From: a virus
Lineage: Duplodnaviria > Caudoviricetes
IMG/VR virus record: IMGVR_UViG_3300009540_000001
Coordinates: 96,001 to 160,000 of that record
Length of the DNA: 64,000 nucleotides
Reading direction: 5' to 3' (one strand)
The position numbers and the translations under genes are program-made. Under the pieces are notes generated by a model that saw only the letters and a program-made list of their open reading frames with translations, ran no database searches and was not told the origin of the DNA. This document shows positions 28,575 through 36,758 of the stretch, piece by piece (position 1 is the first letter of the stretch; each line of letters begins with the position of its first letter).

Positions 28575-30203
28575 TTACAGCTTGTAGCTCGGCACGTTCA
28601 CCCGCACCGGGCCGCCCTCGATCTCCGTGCTGTGCGCTCCGTAGCGCACGTCGATCTGTGCAACCTGCATGGGCTGCACGTACTTGTACGACTCCGGAAG
28701 CGCGTTGAAGTCATCCTGCACGAAGCGCAAGAGGACGGCCTCGAGCTCCTTCATGCTCTTGCCCTTCGTGCCCTCGAGCCGCACGTTGACCTCCGCGCGA
28801 TAGGCCTTGGTCACGATGAGCAAGAGCTCGTGCGTGTCCTCTTCCTCGAACGGGCGCGGCATCGGGAAGGCCAGGCCCAGGCACGTCAGCGCGCTCTCGA
28901 ACGCCTCCCCATACCAGAGGGCGTCGAGATGCGCGGCGATCTGCTCGGCGACCTTTGCCGGCAGGGCCGGCGCGCGGACGCGCAGGTCGAAGATCACGCC
29001 CTTGAGGTTGCACAGGGTGTGATCGACCCCGGAGTACCACACGCGGCGTGTGGGCTCCGGCGGGACGGGGACGCCGGCGATGCGCGCGACCGCCGTTTGA
29101 AAGGTCTCGCCGCCCGGGGCGAACGAGACGCCGTCGCCGACGATCGCGTCGCCGCCGGCCTTGAGCGCTGCGGTACGGTGTAGCCCCTGCTTGACGCCCC
29201 CCTCGTCGACGAAGTCCCCCTCCGTCGTCGGGGGCTGCCTCGGCGTGTGGTGGTAGCGCGTCATGGTGTCATCCTCTGCGGCTTTCGCCGCAGCCGTGTC
29301 GGCGTCATTGAATAGGGTGTACCCAGGCTCTGCCTCCTCCACGAGCTCGACGCCTGCTCCCGCCTTCAACTGCTCCGCCCGCGTAGCGCGCTTGAACTTC
29401 ACGGTGTACCCGAGCGCCGCAGCGTGCGCGGCCCACGCGCGCTGGTCGTCGAGCGGAGTCGCAGAGAAACGCGGCAGCGCGTCGAAGCGGTGCGCGATGT
29501 TCTCGCCGGTCGTCTGATTGAACACCTTGCCGTTGGGCGCTCCGTTCTTCTCGAGCTCGATCACGGCCACGCGCGGCTCCTTGGTCGGCAGCGTCGTGTA
29601 CTTCGACCGCTCGATCATGGCCTGGTGCTCGCGCTGCTCCTCGTCCGTGAGCGGCGTCACCGGCACGAGGAAGCGCTCGACGGGGGACGTGGCCGGCATG
29701 CCCACCTCTTGGTTCGCGTTGCCGAGCACGAGGCTGACGGCGCCCTGCGACGTCGGGCTGAACGTCGTCACGCCCGGGCGGTGTACGGCGTTCAGCAGCT
29801 GGTGGTTCGCCCGGACCCAGGTGCGCGTCATGTGCCACTGCGCGTGAGCGAGCTGCGTCAGGTCGTAGAGGACGTTCCGGTGCTGGTCGACGATGCGCCC
29901 GGTCCAGGTGTCCGTAGCTTCGTGGGCGATGCGGTCGGAGCCGCATTCGAAGAACAGCTCGCGCGGCGGGGGCGGCGCGACACCCCCGCCCACGGCGATC
30001 GGCTGCTCGAGGTCGTACTTCGTCGCGTTCACGACGCTCACCTGGTACCCGTCGTTCTGGTACTTCGTCCACCAGTACGCGGTTCCTTTCGACGTGTCGC
30101 AGCGGTCGTACTTGGCGCCGAGGGCTTCGTGGCGCCGTACGACGCCCGTCCAGTCGCCGCTATCGGGGCCATAGAGGAAGTGCGCGGAAGGCTTGATGCT
30201 CAT
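28575..30203 (-). CDS. Large multidomain hypothetical protein
   Basis: 542-aa ORF from MSIKPSAHF; good codon bias. Confidence 0.65.
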   Translation of the reverse strand: MSIKPSAHFLYGPDSGDWTGVVRRHEALGAKYDRCDTSKGTAYWWTKYQNDGYQVSVVNATKYDLEQPIAVGGGVAPPPPRELFFECGSDRIAHEATDTWTGRIVDQHRNVLYDLTQLAHAQWHMTRTWVRANHQLLNAVHRPGVTTFSPTSQGAVSLVLGNANQEVGMPATSPVERFLVPVTPLTDEEQREHQAMIERSKYTTLPTKEPRVAVIELEKNGAPNGKVFNQTTGENIAHRFDALPRFSATPLDDQRAWAAHAAALGYTVKFKRATRAEQLKAGAGVELVEEAEPGYTLFNDADTAAAKAAEDDTMTRYHHTPRQPPTTEGDFVDEGGVKQGLHRTAALKAGGDAIVGDGVSFAPGGETFQTAVARIAGVPVPPEPTRRVWYSGVDHTLCNLKGVIFDLRVRAPALPAKVAEQIAAHLDALWYGEAFESALTCLGLAFPMPRPFEEEDTHELLLIVTKAYRAEVNVRLEGTKGKSMKELEAVLLRFVQDDFNALPESYKYVQPMQVAQIDVRYGAHSTEIEGGPVRVNVPSYKL

Positions 30204-30476
30204 GTGTTTGTCTCTTTCTTTACGGCGTACGCTTGTGTGTGCCGTGGTATGAATGGGCTGCGTCCGCACCAGGCTATCTTGCCTCTGGTAAGGACGTCGA
30301 ACCTGTGGATGTTCTCCACCGCACGGGATGTGCAGTCCTCAAGGGCGGGGAGAAGGCACAGGGCGTGATCCTGCGAGATGGCAGGGCGTGGCGGACGTTG
30401 AAGTACCTGGATGCGACGCGGGTGACGGTCGTGAAGCTTGACGGGACGGAGGTCGAAATGACGCCTTACGAGGCGA

Positions 30477-30776
30477 TCAGCACCTCTCCTTGACCCACAC
30501 CCGCTCGAGCTCCACCAGCGGCGCCTGCGTCTTCGCCGCCTCGTACTTTTCTCGGGCGGTCTTCGCCTTCTGCTCGAGCTCTTGAAGGTTCAGGAGCTCC
30601 TTCTTCAGGAACACGTCTCTGGCGTCCTCTGCGCTGTCCGACAGCGTGCACTCATGGAAGATGCGCCCGTGACTGCTCACGACGAGACGCTCGTCGAGCG
30701 TGTCTCCGGTGTTGAGCTCTTGCACGATGAGCTTGCCGTCATGTGTTGTGCGGCCATCTGTGATGTACTTCTTCAT
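30477..30776 (-). CDS. Hypothetical protein (paralog of 21753-21986)
   Basis: KKYITDGRTTHDGKLIVQEL; ATGA coupling. Confidence 0.6.
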   Translation of the reverse strand: MKKYITDGRTTHDGKLIVQELNTGDTLDERLVVSSHGRIFHECTLSDSAEDARDVFLKKELLNLQELEQKAKTAREKYEAAKTQAPLVELERVWVKERC

Positions 30777-31027
30777 TCGTCTATCTCCCAGTCGCTTGCC
30801 CAGCTCTCGTACTGCGCGCGGAGCTTGCTGATCTCGTAGTCGTCTTCGTCGAGGGCGAAACGTATCCCGCCGCCCCCGGTCGTGTTCCCGCACTGGATCT
30901 GCGTGTGCGTCGCGGAGCTCGTTCCATCCCCCCAGCCACCCCCATCGGCCGTGTCGTACTGCGCCCCGAAACGCCATATGTACTCGTCGTAGGCGTAGAC
31001 GCTGCGAGGGTTTTCTTCGTAGCTCAC
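30773..31027 (-). CDS. GDG-YEE family microprotein
   Basis: GGGWGDG..QYES; N-terminal SYEE. Confidence 0.65.
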   Translation of the reverse strand: MSYEENPRSVYAYDEYIWRFGAQYDTADGGGWGDGTSSATHTQIQCGNTTGGGGIRFALDEDDYEISKLRAQYESWASDWEIDE

Positions 31028-31227
31028 GGATCTACGCCTTCCTCGTAGCGTTTCTGGACGCGGTATCCGAACGTGAAGTCGCTGCTGCTCCCTCCCTGCG
31101 TGTCACCGTTCTGAACCATGCCCCACCCGTCGCCCCAGCCATCGCCTCCCGACGTGTTGTACTGCGGGCCGACGCATCCCAGCTGGTCAGGGTCTACGCG
31201 GTAAAGGTCGCGCGCGTTGTGCCTCAT
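31024..31227 (-). CDS. GDG-YEE family microprotein
   Basis: MRH..GGDGWGDGWG..RYEEG. Confidence 0.7.
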   Translation of the reverse strand: MRHNARDLYRVDPDQLGCVGPQYNTSGGDGWGDGWGMVQNGDTQGGSSSDFTFGYRVQKRYEEGVDP

Positions 31228-31448
31228 CCTCTCCTCGGCCCTTCTCGGTATTCGGGATACGGGTCACGAACCTGGCGTCGGTACGCTTCGCCGTTGGCGC
31301 CCATTCCGTCCCCCATGCCGTAGATGTGCCACCCGTCTCCGTACCCGTCTCCGGGAGCTTGGTACGGCGTCGCGTGAACGCCCCCTAGAGCCCCCGCGCT
31401 CCCGCCCCCAAGGGGGTACTCCCGGCCGGCGTCGTGCTCGTAGCTCAT
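31224..31448 (-). CDS. GDG-YEE family microprotein
   Basis: PGDGYGDGW..GDGMG..EYREG. Confidence 0.65.
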   Translation of the reverse strand: MSYEHDAGREYPLGGGSAGALGGVHATPYQAPGDGYGDGWHIYGMGDGMGANGEAYRRQVRDPYPEYREGPRRG

Positions 31449-31624
31449 GCGTTGTACTCCCTTGGTTCGTCGTACTCGAACGCGCTCGCGTCGAAGTACC
31501 CGTTGCCGCTCGGAAGGGCGCACCACGGCTGAGCCATGCGACCCTCGTAGAAGTCGTAGCCTTCGTAGGGGCAGACCCCGTGGCCATCGCCGTCGCGTTC
31601 GACCGCGTCGGAGACGCGCTTCAC
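31445..31624 (-). CDS. GDG-YEE family microprotein
   Basis: GTG start; DGDGHG..GNG..EYDE. Confidence 0.65.
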   Translation of the reverse strand: MKRVSDAVERDGDGHGVCPYEGYDFYEGRMAQPWCALPSGNGYFDASAFEYDEPREYNA

Positions 31625-31917
31625 GCCGTCAGCTTCTTGCGGATCTGCACGAGCCCTTGCTCCCCCGGCTCCTCCGGGTGCGGATGCGGGTGCGAGTGCC
31701 CAGGGCTCTTGAGCTTCACGACGACGCCCATCGCCTCGATCTCCGCCATGGGCACGCCCAGCAGCTCCTCGGCCTGCTCGCGCAAGCTCAGGCGATGCTC
31801 GTGCGGCATGTCGTCCTCGGGGACCTCGACGTCGATGGTGATGACGGTGCGCTGCGTCGCCGCGTCGTGCAGGTACGTCAGGGTGGTTTTCTTTAGGTCT
31901 TCTCGTCCTTGTTTCAT
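31621..31917 (-). CDS. FtsH ternary system domain X3-like protein
   Basis: D..T....ITID....EDDMPHEH...LR signature (recalled from the family, not searched). Confidence 0.6.
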   Translation of the reverse strand: MKQGREDLKKTTLTYLHDAATQRTVITIDVEVPEDDMPHEHRLSLREQAEELLGVPMAEIEAMGVVVKLKSPGHSHPHPHPEEPGEQGLVQIRKKLTA

Positions 31918-32165
31918 CGCGTGATCTCCTCGTAGGCGTTTTGAATCGCGGCGCCTTGATACGGCTGTCCAACCGCGTAGGCGTCATCGTCGTATCCGGC
32001 GGGCGGCCACTCGACGTCCCCGTCCATCCCGCCCTGCTGCGCGGTGCCGTACCCGTCGCCGTGGCCGTTGCCGCTTTCGGTGTTGAACTGCGTCTCGAGG
32101 CGTGCGGCGTCGTAGAAGGCCTCGTTCACGCCGTAAAGGTTGCCTGGGTGGCGCTTGAAGCTCAC
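31914..32165 (-). CDS. GDG-YEE family microprotein
   Basis: GNGHGDGYG..AYEEITR. Confidence 0.7.
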   Translation of the reverse strand: MSFKRHPGNLYGVNEAFYDAARLETQFNTESGNGHGDGYGTAQQGGMDGDVEWPPAGYDDDAYAVGQPYQGAAIQNAYEEITR

Positions 32166-32734
32166 GCCTTCACCACCACCCGCACCTCATACGTCCCGCC
32201 CACGTCGCCCCGCTCGTTCAACGACTCGAGCGTCCCCATCTCTCGCGCGCGCTGCTCGATGGCCTCGCGGTACGTTCGGTTCAGCAGGACTTGCAGCTCC
32301 TGCCTCGCTTGCGGCTCGAGCGCTGTCAGACGCGCCAGGTTCTCGCGCTCGGTCTTCTCTTTGGCCTTCACCTTCTCGGCCTCGTAGATGCGGTCGCGGG
32401 CCTGCTCCTCCGTCTCGTCCTGCCGTACGACGCCCTTCACCTCGATCGCGGTGACCGTGGTCGTCCGCGTCACCGTGATCTCCTTGCCGTCGGGCGAGAG
32501 GCGCATCTCGGCCTCCTCGAGCGCGCGCGTCAACGAGCCGTCCGGGTGCTCCGTCCAGCCCGCCTCGCGCATGCGGGCCTTGAGCGCTTCGACCATCCCC
32601 GAGTTCGGCAGGATCGGAAGCATCTTCACGTGCAGTGTCACGACGTCTTTGCTGTTGACGTCTTCTCCGTCTTTCTTGGTGAGGATGATGCTGATGGGCT
32701 CGAGTTCCAGTTCCAAGTTCATTCCGCAGGGCAT
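32162..32734 (-). CDS. FtsH ternary system domain X5-like protein
   Basis: D..TL..KMLPILP..M.EAL...M...GW..and EL...LNR.YREAI.QRA..MG.L signature (recalled, not searched). Confidence 0.6.
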   Translation of the reverse strand: MPCGMNLELELEPISIILTKKDGEDVNSKDVVTLHVKMLPILPNSGMVEALKARMREAGWTEHPDGSLTRALEEAEMRLSPDGKEITVTRTTTVTAIEVKGVVRQDETEEQARDRIYEAEKVKAKEKTERENLARLTALEPQARQELQVLLNRTYREAIEQRAREMGTLESLNERGDVGGTYEVRVVVKA

Positions 32735-32737
32735 GGG

Positions 32738-32983
32738 TCAGTCCTCCAGGTCCAAGGCTGCCAAGTTGATCATGTAGGTCGCCGGGTTCGAGTCCTCTGA
32801 CTCGTCCGAGTCGTACTCGTTGTGGATGTCTTCGTACGCCGCCTGGCCGACGCCGCCGTCGCCCTCGGAGGTGCAGTTGTCTGCGAGGGTCTCGAGGACC
32901 GACCACACGTCGCCGTTCGTGAGAAGCGTGTCGGAGCCGTAGCCGTTGCCGTCTTCGCACATGACGTAGGACATCCGAATCAC
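32738..32983 (-). CDS. GDG-YEE family microprotein
   Basis: DGNGYG..EGDGG..AYED; GTGA coupling. Confidence 0.55.
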   Translation of the reverse strand: MIRMSYVMCEDGNGYGSDTLLTNGDVWSVLETLADNCTSEGDGGVGQAAYEDIHNEYDSDESEDSNPATYMINLAALDLED

Positions 32984-33453
32984 GGCGCCCACCACGCAGG
33001 CGGCTTCCGATGATGCGCCCACCGCGCGAACGCACTCTTGTCCTTCAGATAGAAGGTTCGATACGCCGCGACGGCGTCAGGTCCGCGATAGGCCTCGGGC
33101 ATCGTCTGCACGAACGGCGTGCGCCGTACTTGTGTAAACACGAGTTCGGGCGCCCGGACCTTTACGGCGTGAAGAACCTGGCGCGCCGCATGAACACCCA
33201 AGAAGCGCAGGGTGTACTCGTCACACAGCGCGAAGCCGTGGGCGAGCGCCCACTCGAAGTTGCCTCGCGACGCGCCTACCCACTTGGTAGCGGGATGGCC
33301 GGTGTGCGAAGGCTTGTAGCCGACGTCGAGCCCCTGGGAGCGTACGACCGTCGAGAGCATCTGCGCCGTCTCCGTGGGCATCTTTACGACGTGTTGGTCG
33401 CAGGCCATGCGGGCGGCGGTGACGGGATGTACGTGAAGTACGAAGAGGTTCAT
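32980..33453 (-). CDS. DenV-like pyrimidine-dimer DNA glycosylase family protein
   Basis: MNLF.L..P..AA...CDQHVVKM..E.AQMLST..HP..W..EY..RF..H..AYR.FY..K..P.WW. Confidence 0.8.
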   Translation of the reverse strand: MNLFVLHVHPVTAARMACDQHVVKMPTETAQMLSTVVRSQGLDVGYKPSHTGHPATKWVGASRGNFEWALAHGFALCDEYTLRFLGVHAARQVLHAVKVRAPELVFTQVRRTPFVQTMPEAYRGPDAVAAYRTFYLKDKSAFARWAHHRKPPAWWAP

Positions 33454-33668
33454 CGCCCGACGTTCCCCGCGTTCTGCTCGTACTGAAAGCTCGCGTGGCA
33501 CTTCACCTGCCGATCGAGCGCGACGTCCCCGCCGTCCCCACCGGAGAAACCCCAGACGCCGTCTGCGTAGCCCGCGCCCCAGCCGTCGCCGGTGATGCCG
33601 GCTTGATCAAAGCCGTACACGCCGGACAGGGCGCCATCGCCGTCCGGGCTTCGTCCCTGTTCGTTCAT
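33450..33668 (-). CDS. GDG-YEE family microprotein
   Basis: DGDG..GDGWG..GGDGG..QYEQ. Confidence 0.7.
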   Translation of the reverse strand: MNEQGRSPDGDGALSGVYGFDQAGITGDGWGAGYADGVWGFSGGDGGDVALDRQVKCHASFQYEQNAGNVGR

Positions 33669-33850
33669 CGCGGTCTCTCCCTCTCGTACTCCTGCTGCAC
33701 GTTGCTGCACTCGTGCTCCGCAAACCCGTCCCCGTCCGACATCCCCCAAGCGTCGTCCGTGAAGCCCGAACCCCAGCCGTCGCCGGACTTTTCGAGGTGG
33801 CCGTAGGTGCTGGAGAGGAAGCCGTCGCCGGTCCAGTGCGGGGCGCTCAT
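33665..33850 (-). CDS. GDG-YEE family microprotein
   Basis: GDGF..GDGWG..DGDG..EYER. Confidence 0.7.
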   Translation of the reverse strand: MSAPHWTGDGFLSSTYGHLEKSGDGWGSGFTDDAWGMSDGDGFAEHECSNVQQEYERERPR

Positions 33851-34089
33851 GCCTCGTCCACATACGTGAGCCCGTACCAGTAGTACGGAAGCCACTCGTT
33901 CTGCCCGCAGCCGTCGCCAGGGCCGTAGTTGAAGCACCCGTCGCCGAAGCAATCGCCGGCTTCGTTCTCGCGCTCCACGAACTCGCCTGTGATGTCGTTG
34001 AAGCCGAGCCATGTCTCGCCTTCCGAGCCTGTGCTGTCGCCGTCGCCGCTCGCGTGCGCGCGGCCACACTTGACGTTGTCTCGGTCCAT
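33847..34089 (-). CDS. GDG-YEE family microprotein
   Basis: GDGD..GDGC..PGDGCG..YVDEA; TGATG coupling. Confidence 0.65.
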   Translation of the reverse strand: MDRDNVKCGRAHASGDGDSTGSEGETWLGFNDITGEFVERENEAGDCFGDGCFNYGPGDGCGQNEWLPYYWYGLTYVDEA

Positions 34090-34115
34090 CAGTAGTCGTC
34101 CTCCTCGTAGCTCAT
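34089..34115 (-). CDS. Mini-ORF MSYEEDDY (linker / empty cassette)
   Basis: ATGAGCTACGAGGAGGACGACTACTGA overlaps both neighbours. Confidence 0.45.
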   Translation of the reverse strand: MSYEEDDY

Positions 34116-34303
34116 CGCCGCTCACGCCCCGCGCGTTGGTAGATGCGGTACACGGTTCCCATCACGACGAAGAGCCACTCGGGCAGGCGACTGCCGCCGT
34201 CTTCGTTGTATGGCGGGCTCGCCGATCCGCTCATCGGGTACCCGTCCCCGTCTCCGAACGCCCCCGCGTTCGGTGCGTAGTAACTCGTCGTCAATCCGGC
34301 CAT
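34112..34303 (-). CDS. GDG family microprotein
   Basis: FGDGDGY..; SD GAGGAG from upstream HEES codons. Confidence 0.6.
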   Translation of the reverse strand: MAGLTTSYYAPNAGAFGDGDGYPMSGSASPPYNEDGGSRLPEWLFVVMGTVYRIYQRAGRERR

Positions 34304-34500
34304 ACGCTCTCCTCGTGGGGCCCGTACGCCCACATCCCGTACTCGTCTCGGTGCTCGTAGGTGTCGCGGTAGAACGCGCCGTCCGCGCGCGTCTCGATGA
34401 CGCCAATCGGCGTACCGAATCCGTCGTCGTCGCTCGTCAGGCACGGCGCGCCGCGCCCGTCGCCGGAGAAGTGCACGCGTTCGCCACGCTCTTGCGTCAC
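34291..34500 (-). CDS. GDG-YEE family microprotein
   Basis: SGDGRG..DDGFG..TYEH..HEES. Confidence 0.65.
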   Translation of the reverse strand: MTQERGERVHFSGDGRGAPCLTSDDDGFGTPIGVIETRADGAFYRDTYEHRDEYGMWAYGPHEESVWPD

Positions 34501-34700
34501 AGCTCCAACCTCCTCCGCGTCGCTTCCATCGCCTTCACGTCGTCCCCTGCGTCTTGGTAGTCACTTCGTATGAACGAGCCTCGGTAGTACGTGTTCGGCG
34601 CGCGATAGGGGTTCTCGCCCCAGTTGATGTAGATGAGGTACGCGCCGCCGTCGCCGTCTTGGCCGAAGGCGGCGGAGTCTTCCCGGGGTGTGCGTCTCAT
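34497..34700 (-). CDS. GDG-YEE family microprotein
   Basis: MRRTP..DGDGG..DYQD. Confidence 0.65.
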   Translation of the reverse strand: MRRTPREDSAAFGQDGDGGAYLIYINWGENPYRAPNTYYRGSFIRSDYQDAGDDVKAMEATRRRLEL

Positions 34701-34966
34701 GTGTCTCCCTTGACGGAGTTACTCGCGAGGATCGTGCGGATGTCGTTCTGGTACGTCATCAGCGTGAACTTCGTCTTGAGTATCCTCGGCGCTGCGAAGT
34801 TCACCTCGGGTGCGTTGTCTTCGTATGACGGGCGCGGGGAGCCGCCGTCGTCGTAGACGTACGCGTCGAGCGCGAAAGCGCCCCCGTACTTTCGGTACGC
34901 GTACTGGGCGCTCCCGTCGCCGTCATCGAAGCGCGAGGTGTGATACGGCGTCGGTGTTCTTCTCAT
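34697..34966 (-). CDS. GDG-YEE family microprotein
   Basis: MRRTP..DGDGS..DDGG..SYED. Confidence 0.65.
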   Translation of the reverse strand: MRRTPTPYHTSRFDDGDGSAQYAYRKYGGAFALDAYVYDDGGSPRPSYEDNAPEVNFAAPRILKTKFTLMTYQNDIRTILASNSVKGDT

Positions 34967-35169
34967 CGTGTCTCCTCGTATCGCCATCGAATCCACGTAG
35001 GCCGAATCTCGTAGTTGATGAGCACGTCCTTCCCGTCGTTCCCCTCGAACCACCCGATATTCAGGGCTCGAGCGCCGTTGCCGATGCCGTCGCCGTCGGC
35101 CCAGGGGAACGCGCTCTTTGCGCCCCGCCCGTCGCCGTCCTGCTCACACGCCATGGGTCGGTATTTCAT
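34963..35169 (-). CDS. GDG-YEE family microprotein
   Basis: DGDGRG..DGDGIGNG..RWRYEETR. Confidence 0.7.
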   Translation of the reverse strand: MKYRPMACEQDGDGRGAKSAFPWADGDGIGNGARALNIGWFEGNDGKDVLINYEIRPTWIRWRYEETR

Positions 35170-35354
35170 CGACCCTCCTCATACCGTCGCTGCGTCCACC
35201 CGCCCTGCGTCTCGTGGTCCGCCTCGTCGTCGGCGTCGTCCCACAAGATGCTCTTGCCCCACGTCCCTACGCCGCGTCCGCTCCCCTGAACGTCAGCAGG
35301 AAAAGGGACGAGCCCTTCGCCCCCGTTCGAGGCCACGGTTGGTCGTTGTTTCAT
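35166..35354 (-). CDS. GDG-YEE family microprotein (probably leaderless first gene)
   Basis: GGEG..GSGRG..RRYEEGR; ATG 5 nt after TATAAG. Confidence 0.65.
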   Translation of the reverse strand: MKQRPTVASNGGEGLVPFPADVQGSGRGVGTWGKSILWDDADDEADHETQGGWTQRRYEEGR

Positions 35355-35359
35355 ACGGT

Positions 35360-35386
35360 CTTATACCAAGTACGAACGGCGTTTAC
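35360..35386 (-). promoter_or_regulatory. Candidate phage promoter (GTAAA-N16-TATAAG)
   Basis: At the head of the 30.5-35.4 kb array. Confidence 0.65.
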
Positions 35387-35426
35387 GCCTCTCGTGCCCT
35401 CGCGTCGGATGGCTTAGCCTTCCTGC

Positions 35427-36125
35427 ATGAGAGTCGACTACGTCCCCGGCGCCTTGCTCACCGTCCTGCACGAGTCCGCCGTTGCCTTCGACGGCACCGA
35501 CCCGGAGCGCGCCGTCGCGACGCTCGGCGGCCTGGCGCTGAAAGCAGCGCAGCCCGGCGTCGACCTGAACGCCTTCGTCGTCGAGACCCTGGCGACCGGG
35601 CAGGCCTACCTGCGCAACGCCGCAGGGAAGCAGATCGCGTCGCTCACGGCGCTCGCGCTCACCTGGGACGCGATGGCGTCGCGCATCAACTCGGACCGAA
35701 CCTTCTCGCAGTACGTGCGAGCATCGGTGACGACGCCGGGAGCGCTGACGGCGCAGACAGCGCTCTTCGCGGGTGGCGTCGACCCGACGCTCACGGCGGG
35801 GGCGGCCCGGTTCAAGTACGTGGCGGCGGGCAACGCGGGGCTGTTCTTCTTCGACCAGAAGACCGCCATCGACGTCTTCGCCATTCAGGGCAAGTTCCCC
35901 GGCGGCGCAGCCCTCACCTGCACCATCGAGCTCGTGAACCTCGACGACGGCGCCCAGCCGATCGACAGCGAGGCGGCGACGCTGGTGTCGGTGACGCTGC
36001 CCGCCTCCGAGGACTTCAGCGTCCTCGACGCGATCCGGCTTCAGAAGTCGCAAGCGATCCGCGTGACGTGCGCCAACGCGGGCAAGGCGTGGGTTTCGTT
36101 CCGACAAGCGCCGGCGAGCCCGTAA
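35427..36125 (+). CDS. Hypothetical (structural?) protein
   Basis: 232 aa, strong codon bias. Confidence 0.6.
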   Translation: MRVDYVPGALLTVLHESAVAFDGTDPERAVATLGGLALKAAQPGVDLNAFVVETLATGQAYLRNAAGKQIASLTALALTWDAMASRINSDRTFSQYVRASVTTPGALTAQTALFAGGVDPTLTAGAARFKYVAAGNAGLFFFDQKTAIDVFAIQGKFPGGAALTCTIELVNLDDGAQPIDSEAATLVSVTLPASEDFSVLDAIRLQKSQAIRVTCANAGKAWVSFRQAPASP

Positions 36126-36161
36126 GCTTGCGGGGCGTACGCCGTAAAGAAGAGGGGCCCC

Positions 36162-36749
36162 ATGGGCGTGGTAATCCGTCTGCTCGCCGTCCTTCTCGTC
36201 CTGCTGCTCAGCGCCTGCGAACCGCCCCCTTCGCTCCCCTCGACGGGGCGCACCATCCGCGTCGCCCTCGGCCCTGACCCCTCCGGTCTCACCGGGTGGC
36301 GTCCCGAGCATCGCGCCGCGTTCCTTCGTGCCCTCGCGTCGCTGCGCGCCACGGGCGACACCTGGCTCGAGAGCGCTGTCGGCGACGCCGACGTCGTGGT
36401 CGAACCCTTCGACGCGGGGGCCCGCTGCTCGCACGCAGGGGAGTACTCGCCGGGCGAGCGCCGCGTGCGCATCGACTACGCATGCGTCCCGGGCGACGAG
36501 AGGCTCGCGTACGCCATGGTGCACGAGCTGCTGCACTACCTGACGTGGATCAACGCGCGCTGGGTGGGGCACATCTGCGTGCAGCCCGGCGACGCGACGG
36601 ACTGCACAGCGCTCGTACGTGGCGAGGCGGTGCTCAACCCTGTGATGCCGGGGCAGTTCGACGCGAACGGGGAGCCGCTCGGGCCGCCCGACGCGACGCT
36701 GCGCCGCGCAGACGTCGAGTTGGTGCGGGCACTAGGGCGTACGCCGTAA
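36162..36749 (+). CDS. Lipoprotein zinc metallopeptidase (HExxH)
   Basis: Signal peptide with LSAC lipobox; VHELLH..H..NPVM. Confidence 0.65.
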   Translation: MGVVIRLLAVLLVLLLSACEPPPSLPSTGRTIRVALGPDPSGLTGWRPEHRAAFLRALASLRATGDTWLESAVGDADVVVEPFDAGARCSHAGEYSPGERRVRIDYACVPGDERLAYAMVHELLHYLTWINARWVGHICVQPGDATDCTALVRGEAVLNPVMPGQFDANGEPLGPPDATLRRADVELVRALGRTP

Positions 36750-36758
36750 ACTTCTCGC

